In this document: piece after piece, positions 56,762 to 64,000 of the stretch
Layout of the letters: each line of letters starts with the position of its first letter
Position numbering within the stretch: the first letter of the stretch is position 1
From: Bacteroidales bacterium
GTDB lineage: Bacteria > Bacteroidota > Bacteroidia > Bacteroidales > UBA3663
Assembly: GCA_045639585.1 (NCBI GenBank)
Contig: JAZUDJ010000109.1
Coordinates: 8,378 to 72,377 of the forward strand
Reading direction: 5' to 3'
Length of the DNA: 64,000 nt
The notes under the pieces: generated by a model
Database searches by the model: none
The model's input: the letters and a program-made list of their open reading frames with translations, nothing else
What the model was told of the DNA's origin: nothing
Program-made: the position numbers and the translations under genes

Positions 56762-58849
56762 TTATCCCAACATTTCCTGCGAACGCTTGATGAATGCAGC
56801 GAGAGCCTCACCCTTGAGCATACCACCTTCGAGCAATGCGAGGTCGATGAGCTGGCGGAGAGTCTTGTCGGTCTTAGCGTAGGTAGTGACGTTATCGGTC
56901 TCCTGCTTCTTGAGGTTCTCCACGTCCTTGCGTAGGCTGTCGAGCAGCTCGTCCTTGTCGTGTGGGAACTCACCAGCCTTAGCCTTGTACTTCTCGTCCT
57001 CCAATGGCTTGACCTGAGCCTGCTTGTCATCGATGTCCTTTATAATCTCAGCGTTGACGATAGCGAGCTGGTCGTTAGCAGCCGAAAGAATGTTCTTGAT
57101 GACTGGGTGCTCAGTGTTGACGATGAGGTTGTACTGCTCAGGCATCTGGCCGTAGAAGTTCATGCCACCGCCCTGCATCTTGCTCATCTCCTTCATACGA
57201 CGCATCCACTCGTTCTGAGCAATCATCACTGGCTTGTCGGTCTCGTCCATGGCCTGGAAGTCCACGCTCCACTCTACCTTCTTACCGTCAGCAGCGTATG
57301 CGTCAGGGATCTGTGAAGAGAAGAGGGTATTGTCCTCGCGACGCTGTGCATCAGTAAGCTCAACTTTCTTGGCATCAGCCTTGCGGATGAGGTTATTCAA
57401 TGTATCGGCGTCGATGCGGTTGTAGTGTACGCCCTTGCTGCCCTCTACGTTGCTCTGCTTCTGCTCCTGCTGGTTCATGAATGGGGTATCGAGCTGACCA
57501 TCAGCTACGAGCACGTCATAACCCTTGGCCTTAGCAGCCTCGATGTATGAGTACTGAGCTACCTTATCATTAGAATAGAGGTAGATGAGCTGGCCGTCCT
57601 TGTCAGTCTGGTTGCCCTCTACGAGTTTCTTGTACTCTTCAAGTGTATAGTAGTGATCGTCAGTGTTCTTGACGAGTGCGATAGACGCTACCTTGTCGTA
57701 GAACTTCTCATCAGAAAGCATACCATACTGGATGAAGATCTTGAGATCATCCCACTTCTCCTCGAACTGCTTACGATCTGAGTTGAAGATCTCCTGCAGA
57801 CGGTCACCAACCTTACGCGTGATGTAACCCGAGATCTTCTTTACGTTAGCATCTGACTGGAGGTAAGAACGAGACACGTTCAATGGGATATCCGGAGAGT
57901 CGATGACTCCGTGGAGCAACATCATGAACTCTGGCACCACGCCCTCTACCTGATCGGTTACGAATACCTGGTTGCAGAAGAGCTGAATGCGGTCACGATG
58001 GAACTCATTGTTCTCAATTTTAGGGAAATAGAGTACACCGGTGAGGTGGAATGGGAAGTCTACGTTGAGGTGAATCCAGAACAATGGATCTGGAGCCATA
58101 GGGTAGAGGTCGTGATAGAACTTGAGGTAATCCTCGTCCTTCAGATCAGCTGGAGCCTTGACCCAAAGTGGAGTGGTCTCATTGATCTGATTGTCCTCTT
58201 CGGTATCCTGCTCCTTGCCATCCTTCCACTCGGTCTTCTTACCGAAGACTACTGGCACTGGCAGATACTTGCAGAACTTCTTCAAGAGACCCTCGATCTT
58301 CGACTTGTTGGTCATATCAGCCTTGTTCTCGTCGTCGAGATAGAGGATGATGTCGGTACCACGCTCAGCCTTCTCGCACTGCTCCATAGTGAAGTTAGGA
58401 TCACCTTCGCAGCTCCAACGAGTAGCAGGTGCGTCCTTATATGACTTAGAGATGATCTCGACCTTCTTCGAAACCATGAATGCTGAGTAGAAGCCGAGGC
58501 CGAAGTGACCGATGATCGATGCACCGTCCTTCTTATACTTATCAAGGAACTCAGTAGCGCCTGAGAATGCTATCTGGTTGATATACTTATCGATCTCCTC
58601 TTCGGTCATACCAATACCGAAGTCGCTCACGGTGAGTGTACCAGCCTCTGCATCGATCATGACGTTGACCTTAAGGTCCTCAACACTGCCATTGAATTCG
58701 CCAGCACGAGCCAGAGTCTTGAGCTTCTGTGTAGCATCGACAGCGTTACTTACCAACTCACGGAGGAAAATCTCGTGATCACTGTAAAGGAACTTCTTGA
58801 TGACTGGAAAAATGTTTTCCGAAGTCACGTTAATTTTACCTGTAGCCAT
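56762..58849 (-). CDS. htpG: Molecular chaperone HtpG (Hsp90)
   Basis: FLRELVSNAVDA and GHFGLGFYSAFMV (GHKL ATPase motifs); 695 aa. Confidence 0.95.
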   Translation of the reverse strand: MATGKINVTSENIFPVIKKFLYSDHEIFLRELVSNAVDATQKLKTLARAGEFNGSVEDLKVNVMIDAEAGTLTVSDFGIGMTEEEIDKYINQIAFSGATEFLDKYKKDGASIIGHFGLGFYSAFMVSKKVEIISKSYKDAPATRWSCEGDPNFTMEQCEKAERGTDIILYLDDENKADMTNKSKIEGLLKKFCKYLPVPVVFGKKTEWKDGKEQDTEEDNQINETTPLWVKAPADLKDEDYLKFYHDLYPMAPDPLFWIHLNVDFPFHLTGVLYFPKIENNEFHRDRIQLFCNQVFVTDQVEGVVPEFMMLLHGVIDSPDIPLNVSRSYLQSDANVKKISGYITRKVGDRLQEIFNSDRKQFEEKWDDLKIFIQYGMLSDEKFYDKVASIALVKNTDDHYYTLEEYKKLVEGNQTDKDGQLIYLYSNDKVAQYSYIEAAKAKGYDVLVADGQLDTPFMNQQEQKQSNVEGSKGVHYNRIDADTLNNLIRKADAKKVELTDAQRREDNTLFSSQIPDAYAADGKKVEWSVDFQAMDETDKPVMIAQNEWMRRMKEMSKMQGGGMNFYGQMPEQYNLIVNTEHPVIKNILSAANDQLAIVNAEIIKDIDDKQAQVKPLEDEKYKAKAGEFPHDKDELLDSLRKDVENLKKQETDNVTTYAKTDKTLRQLIDLALLEGGMLKGEALAAFIKRSQEMLG

Positions 58850-59070
58850 AGTATAATTTTAGTTTTGTAATTAACAATAAATATATGGTTGCAACTAAGT
58901 TTTGGGAAGCAATCGAAAATTATTATGCAAATTTTGTGCCAAAACAATTCTTGGTCAATTTGGCAAAGAAGATAGACATTATTTATGAGCAATTGTAAAT
59001 CTATCGGACAAAATAAACATAGCAAATATAAAATAATGTGTATTGATTTGGAATTTTCACCTATTTATAT

Positions 59071-59078
59071 TATCTTTG
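59071..59078 (+). promoter_or_regulatory. -7 box TATCTTTG
   Basis: tatctttg lies 22 nt upstream of the ATG at 59100. It sits inside the track's TTG-extended ORF, which argues for the 59100 start. Confidence 0.5.
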
Positions 59079-59099
59079 CACCGTAATAAGACGCCTCAG

Positions 59100-60800
59100 A
59101 TGTTAGAAAAGACGAAATATTTCAATCTGCTTCTTATCGCAGGAATACTAATATACGCATGGATCACTCTTGTCTTTGGCCAGGGTGAATTGCTGTATGC
59201 GGCACAGGACTTCAATCCTTTCCTGGGTACTGAGACGTTCTTCAAGGATTGTATCTCGCATCCTGGAGGCCTGCGTGAATGGGTGGGTGGCTGGCTGACT
59301 CAGCTTTTCTACTATCCTTGGCTTGGTGCGACTGTGCAGGTACTTATGTGGACGATCAGCGTCATCGTGCTGGTGCAGGCCTTCCATCTGAAGCGCTCCA
59401 TGCAGTGTCTGACGCTCATTCCTGTCCTGGCATTGCTCACCTCCATGACGCAGCTCGGCTACTGGATTTTCTGTCTCAAGACACCGAGCTACTGGATGGG
59501 ACCTACCGTGGGCTTCACCTGCGTCTCGTTGGCTTTGTGGCTATATACTGCGCTCAATGGCGTGGGTCGAATCATCATGCTGCCTCTGTGGATCATCCTC
59601 GGTTTCATGGCTTTAGGATGGTATGCGACCATCGGATTAGTGGCCATGCTGCTGATGGGTCCGATGGTCAGTCAGGGATTCTTTCACCATTGGCCTAAGT
59701 GGTTACTTTCGGCTACGGGAGTGAGCTGCTTTGCCTTGGCCGTCGTCGCGCTCTATTATCAGAACTCGCCTGACCTGCATTGGCGCGAGCCTCTCTTGCT
59801 CTATGGTTTTCATCGTGTGGCCATCCCTGAGGCGCAGAGTACGCTGATGGAAGTCTGCTTCCATGTTATGGCTGTGACAATCATGGCTTTGCCGATTATT
59901 GCTCACCTGCGTCGATTCAGGATCGTTGCTAATTATGGCTGGATCTTCTCCTTGCCATTGATCGCCGCTGCACTCTACGGTGGCGCGATGCTCAATTATC
60001 GCAATGCCAACTTCCATACCGAGCTGACTTTGCTCCGACAGATGGAGCATGCAGAGTGGGATAACATGCTCAAAATCATCCGTGAGAATCCTACTAAGCC
60101 GACGCGAGAGATGGTAATTATGAAGGATGTGGCGCTGGCACATAAGGGTACGTTGGGTGACGAGGCTTTTGCCTACGAAGTGCGAGCTGTCCGTCCGAAG
60201 ATGGCTACAGGATTGCCTATCCACATGGCTCACTCGGCAGGTATGTATTTCTATTACTGGCTCGGAATGCCGAACTATGCTTATATGTGGTGCATGGAGA
60301 ATAGCATCGAGTATGGCATGTCTCCGTTCCTGCTACGACTGATGTATCGCTATGCAGTGGTCAGCGACGAACAGGAATTGGCCATCAAGTACAAGAAACT
60401 GCTGCAAACGACGCTCTTCCACGGTGACCTGGAGGTGAGCAAGGAGGAGATTGCCGCCATTCGCGAGTTCCGTATTAATTATAATACATTGTCAAACGAT
60501 GATGGTTACCCCGAAGGATTTATCATCAATCGTCTGGCAAATGCTGAATATCAGACGCCTAATGCTCAGCAGCTAGCTCTTCATTATGCGATGCTACTGA
60601 AGGATCCAGAACTGTTTAACTCGGCTTTGAAGCATTATCGTGAATTGGTAGGGGAAGACGCTACCTTGCCAAAGTATGTTCAGGAAGCTACAGAGATATT
60701 TGATGAGGAGAATGATCAGTCGCATCATGGATTCGGTGAGTCATACGCTCCGACATATCGCTGGTATTTCGACAATTACACGGATTTTAAGACCTATTGA
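59100..60800 (+). CDS. Polytopic membrane protein with a C-terminal soluble helical domain (resembles the Bacteroidetes DUF6057-type family, from memory)
   Basis: About 9-10 hydrophobic segments in the first 300 aa or so. A soluble C-terminal half follows (EHAEWDNMLKIIRENPTKPTREMVIMKDVALAHKG ... ALKHYRELVGEDATLPKYVQ). Confidence 0.7.
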   Translation: MLEKTKYFNLLLIAGILIYAWITLVFGQGELLYAAQDFNPFLGTETFFKDCISHPGGLREWVGGWLTQLFYYPWLGATVQVLMWTISVIVLVQAFHLKRSMQCLTLIPVLALLTSMTQLGYWIFCLKTPSYWMGPTVGFTCVSLALWLYTALNGVGRIIMLPLWIILGFMALGWYATIGLVAMLLMGPMVSQGFFHHWPKWLLSATGVSCFALAVVALYYQNSPDLHWREPLLLYGFHRVAIPEAQSTLMEVCFHVMAVTIMALPIIAHLRRFRIVANYGWIFSLPLIAAALYGGAMLNYRNANFHTELTLLRQMEHAEWDNMLKIIRENPTKPTREMVIMKDVALAHKGTLGDEAFAYEVRAVRPKMATGLPIHMAHSAGMYFYYWLGMPNYAYMWCMENSIEYGMSPFLLRLMYRYAVVSDEQELAIKYKKLLQTTLFHGDLEVSKEEIAAIREFRINYNTLSNDDGYPEGFIINRLANAEYQTPNAQQLALHYAMLLKDPELFNSALKHYRELVGEDATLPKYVQEATEIFDEENDQSHHGFGESYAPTYRWYFDNYTDFKTY

Positions 60801-60802
60801 TC

Positions 60803-62341
60803 ATGCTTGTGACGATACTCATACTTTGTTGTGTATGCTTGCTGAGCGCTTGTGCGACTTCGCATCCTGAATTGCCGACTGGCTATTCGGAGTGCGATAC
60901 GATTCCTGCGCTTTTGCCTGATTATACAGACGTGGTGATACCGGTCAATATCGCTCCGCTGAACTTCCGTATTGCTGACGAGAGCGTGGAGGCTTGTGTG
61001 GCAGAGGTTACCTTTGCCGGCGGCAAACAGACGTATGGCTATGGTAATAAGGTCTTGTTTGAGGTGCAAGAGTGGCGTGAGATGCTGCAGAAGAGTGTCG
61101 GTCAGAAATTGAGCGTGCAGCTCTATACTTGCAAGAGAAATCAGTGGTCACGTCATCCGGCTTTTGCTATTGAGGTAGTTGGCGATAGTATTGATCCATA
61201 CGTTGTGTATCGAAGCATCCCTCCATCTTACTCTACATATGAGCATCTGACACTCAATCAGCGCTGTATCGAGAATTTCGAGGATCGTGTGATCTATGAT
61301 AACAAGACGCTCGATGTTCCGACACAGGGTCATTGCGTCAACTGTCATGCTTTCCAGAATTATCGAACGGAGCGAATGCAGTTCCATGTGCGAGCAGAGT
61401 TTGCTGGTACGGTGATCTATGATCAAGGTAAGCTTGAGAAGGTAGAGACAAAGTCGGATAGGACAATCAGCGCAGGCGTCTATCCTGCCTGGCATCCGAC
61501 GCTCGACCTAGTGGCTTATTCAACGAATATGACTTTCCAGAACTTCCACACGCAGTATATTGGTAAGGTGGAAGTGCAGGACAGCCAGGGCGATATTGTG
61601 GTGTATGATGTCAAGCAGCATAAGATTATCCCGGTCAGTATGGAGCCAGACAAGCGAGCAGCCTTCCCGACCTGGAGCCCGGATGGCAAGTGGCTGTATT
61701 ATAACGCTGCATCTTTTGTCTATGAGGATTCTGTAGCTATTGCTGAGTCAAATAATCCACGTGTGATTCGTCAGCATGAGGCCAATGCACGCTATCAGGA
61801 GGTTCATTATAATGTCTTGCGCCGCTCTTTTGATGCAGAGACAATGACCTTCGGACCTGCCGAGATCGTACTCGACGTTGCTCAGAAGGAGAGGAGCGCC
61901 ACCGTGCCTCGTATCAGTCCTGATGGTAAGTATCTGCTGACTTCGATCGGCAATTATGGTTGCTTCCATATCTGGCATCCGGAGTCGGATCTGTATGCTA
62001 CTCAGTTGGATAGCATCATTGCGCATACTGATACCGGTGGCGTGAAATATACTTATCCGCTCACGGCTGCCAATAGCGATAAGTCAGAAGGTTACCATAA
62101 CTGGTCAAGCAATGGTCGATGGATTCTGGTGGCAAGTCGACGTTATGACAACAATTACTCGCGAGTCTACTTCGCGTATTTTGATAGGGAAGGAGTGGCT
62201 CATAAGGCCTTCGAACTTCCTCAGCAAGATCCTGATTTCGAGGCTATCAATTTGAGATCTTATAATGTGCCAGAGTTTACGGTCGAGCCGGTACGTGTCT
62301 CGGCAAGTGATTTGGCAAAGGTAATCGGTACGGTTAAATAA
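60803..62341 (+). CDS. Lipoprotein with PD40/TolB-like beta-propeller repeats and one CxxCH motif
   Basis: Lipobox CVCLLSAC. CVNCH at 61334-61348 (GHCVNCHAF). PD40-like repeats FPTWSPDGKWLYYNA, PRISPDGKYLLTS and HNWSSNGRWILVAS. The track start 60797 is TTG and overlaps the upstream stop; ATG at 60803. Confidence 0.7.
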   Translation: MLVTILILCCVCLLSACATSHPELPTGYSECDTIPALLPDYTDVVIPVNIAPLNFRIADESVEACVAEVTFAGGKQTYGYGNKVLFEVQEWREMLQKSVGQKLSVQLYTCKRNQWSRHPAFAIEVVGDSIDPYVVYRSIPPSYSTYEHLTLNQRCIENFEDRVIYDNKTLDVPTQGHCVNCHAFQNYRTERMQFHVRAEFAGTVIYDQGKLEKVETKSDRTISAGVYPAWHPTLDLVAYSTNMTFQNFHTQYIGKVEVQDSQGDIVVYDVKQHKIIPVSMEPDKRAAFPTWSPDGKWLYYNAASFVYEDSVAIAESNNPRVIRQHEANARYQEVHYNVLRRSFDAETMTFGPAEIVLDVAQKERSATVPRISPDGKYLLTSIGNYGCFHIWHPESDLYATQLDSIIAHTDTGGVKYTYPLTAANSDKSEGYHNWSSNGRWILVASRRYDNNYSRVYFAYFDREGVAHKAFELPQQDPDFEAINLRSYNVPEFTVEPVRVSASDLAKVIGTVK

Positions 62342-62372
62342 ATGATTATTAACTAATATAATACATAAACAA

Positions 62373-62981
62373 ATGAACAAGATCAGTTATGCGCTTGGCC
62401 TTACCATTGGCCAGCAGATGGAATCAATGGGTATCAAAGATACTCTCGTAATGGAAGACTTCGCAGCAGGTATTCAGGACATGCTGCAGAAGAATCAGTT
62501 CAAGGTTGCGCCTCAGGAGGCTCAGCAGATCTTGAACGATTTCTTCACCGAGCTTCAGGCAAAGGAGCAGGCCGCTCAGGCAGAGGCTGGCAAGGTAGCA
62601 CGTGAGGCAGGAGAGAAGTTCCTTGCAGAGAATGCCAAGAAGGAAGATGTGGTTGTTACTGCCAGTGGCCTTCAATACCAGGTTCTCCAGGAGGGTACAG
62701 GCAATCAGCCAAAGGCTTCAGACACTGTACGTTGCCACTATGAGGGTACTCTTATCGACGGTACTGTATTCGATTCTTCTTACCAGCGTGGTGAACCAGC
62801 TGACTTCGGTTTGAATCAGGTCATCAAGGGTTGGACAGAGGGTGTGGCTCTCATGAAGGAAGGCGCTAAGTATCGCTTCTTCATTCCTTACAATCTCGCT
62901 TACGGTGAGCGTGGTGCAGGTGGTATGATTCCTCCATTCGCTGCATTGATTTTCGATGTTGAGCTCATTGAGGTACTTTAA
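62373..62981 (+). CDS. FKBP-type peptidyl-prolyl cis-trans isomerase
   Basis: [26 protein letters not shown] and [16 protein letters not shown], with an N-terminal helical dimerisation-like region. Confidence 0.9.
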   Translation: MNKISYALGLTIGQQMESMGIKDTLVMEDFAAGIQDMLQKNQFKVAPQEAQQILNDFFTELQAKEQAAQAEAGKVAREAGEKFLAENAKKEDVVVTASGLQYQVLQEGTGNQPKASDTVRCHYEGTLIDGTVFDSSYQRGEPADFGLNQVIKGWTEGVALMKEGAKYRFFIPYNLAYGERGAGGMIPPFAALIFDVELIEVL

Positions 62982-62991
62982 AAATTAGGAT

Positions 62992-63789
62992 ATGAAACGT
63001 ATTACCTTAATTCTCACTTTGCTGTGCAGCATGGCTTCGGCCATTGCGCAGTATGTTACCAAGAGCGATATTCCTTACACAACCTCTAAGGATACTTATG
63101 CTGTTGAGCGTTGTAAGCTCGATGTCTATTATCCAACCGACAAGAAGGATGTTCCAGTAGTTGTATGGTTCCATGGTGGAGGTTTGGAAGGTGGCAACAA
63201 GTATATCCCACAGGAACTCCTTAATAGTGGTATGACGGTTGTAACTGTCAACTATCGTCTGTTGCCAAAGGCTACTATCGATGAATGTATTGACGATGCA
63301 GCTGCTGCCGTGGCTTGGACATTCAAGCATGCAGAAGAATATAATGGCAGTGCCAAGAAAATCTTCATCTCTGGTCATTCTGCTGGTGGCTACCTCGTGG
63401 ATATGATTGGTTTGGAGAAGAAATGGCTTGCTAAGTATGATGTCAATGCCGATGACGTAGCTGCTATTCTGCCATTCAGTGGTCAGTGTGTGACACATTA
63501 TAATGTACGTAAGCTTCAGGGCATTGGCCCTTTGCAGGCAACTATCGATCAGTATGCACCATTGACTCATATCCGTCCTGATGCTGCTCCAATCGTTGTA
63601 ATTTCAGGTGATCGTGAGCTTGAACTTTATGGCCGTTATGAGGAGCAGGCATATTTCTGGCGTATGCTCAAACTTGTTGGTCATAAGGATGTTACGCTTT
63701 ATGAGATGCAGGGATTCAATCATGGGGATATGCCTTCACCAGCATTCCATGTGCTCAAGGATCACGTTAAGCGACTGACTGCAGAATGA
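62992..63789 (+). CDS. Secreted alpha/beta-hydrolase (esterase/lipase, HGGG type)
   Basis: Signal peptide LLCSMASAIAQ. Oxyanion VVWFHGGGLEGG, nucleophile SGHSAGG and a late GFNHGD. Confidence 0.8.
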   Translation: MKRITLILTLLCSMASAIAQYVTKSDIPYTTSKDTYAVERCKLDVYYPTDKKDVPVVVWFHGGGLEGGNKYIPQELLNSGMTVVTVNYRLLPKATIDECIDDAAAAVAWTFKHAEEYNGSAKKIFISGHSAGGYLVDMIGLEKKWLAKYDVNADDVAAILPFSGQCVTHYNVRKLQGIGPLQATIDQYAPLTHIRPDAAPIVVISGDRELELYGRYEEQAYFWRMLKLVGHKDVTLYEMQGFNHGDMPSPAFHVLKDHVKRLTAE

Positions 63790-64000
63790 AATACGCAGAA
63801 AACTGGCAGGAAGAGACAGAACTACGAGTTCAGAATGGAGTCGCATATTTTAAGCAGGGGTATAATTGTAGCCAATCCGTGGCAATGACGTTCGCGGATT
63901 GGTACGATATCCCTGAAGGCCTGATGGCGCGTATTTCTGCTTCGTTTGGAGGTGGCATTGGCCGTATGCGTGAGACTTGTGGTTCTGCGCTTGGAATGTT
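63786..64000 (+). CDS. C_GCAxxG_C_C-family protein, 3' end cut by the window edge
   Basis: Own translation: MKYAENWQEETELRVQNGVAYFKQGYNCSQSVAMTFADWYDIPEGLMARISASFGGGIGRMRETCGSALGM. The YNCSQSV and CGSALG motifs fit the family. ATGA overlap with the upstream stop. Confidence 0.7.
   Translation, partial: MKYAENWQEETELRVQNGVAYFKQGYNCSQSVAMTFADWYDIPEGLMARISASFGGGIGRMRETCGSALGM

Noticed and set aside
1-64000. Search for mobile elements, prophage, toxin-antitoxin, restriction-modification or other defence modules.
   Set aside because: No integrase, transposase, recombinase, reverse transcriptase, nuclease/helicase defence signature, terminal inverted repeats or phage structural genes were recognisable in any listed ORF. 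The only hint is the short tRNA-Arg 3'-end duplication, which is reported separately.

Overview
This 64-kb window looks like a chromosomal segment of a Bacteroidales genome, probably Prevotella/Segatella-like. That assignment is an inference from three things: many TAnnTTTG -7 promoter boxes just upstream of genes and tRNAs, a 286-aa RpoD, and a class-3 FBPase. I found about 50 CDS and 2 tRNAs (Val-GAC, Arg-UCU). I saw no rRNA, CRISPR array, integrase, transposase or phage genes. Most of the window is tightly packed housekeeping genes: tgt, glnS, rpoD, holB, fbp, folC, ftsY, rimO, guaA, metG and htpG. Five regions stand out. (1) 1.1-12.3 kb is an AT-richer Wzx/Wzy-type polysaccharide locus (wza, wzz, wzy, a Wzi-like barrel, a lipocalin lipoprotein, wzx and an unknown fucosyltransferase-like protein). 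It converges on a GT4-LicD-metallophosphoesterase operon. (2) 47.1-51.0 kb is an AT-richer 1283-aa cytoplasmic protein with a degenerate GGDEF (SADEF), a long helical region, HD-GYP, PAS-like modules and an intact GGDEF. (3) A dispersed family of about 42-bp tandem hairpin repeats fills two 3' intergenic spacers (13.3 kb and 51.0 kb). (4) 59.1-62.3 kb holds an overlapping pair: a polytopic membrane protein and a PD40 beta-propeller lipoprotein with a single CxxCH motif. (5) A metG-chrA-chrA-membrane protein-AAA+ array has essentially no intergenic space. All functional calls come from reading motifs in the supplied translations and the DNA. No database search or computation was run. I cannot point to one clear-cut novel system. 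The candidates above are ranked in the findings.
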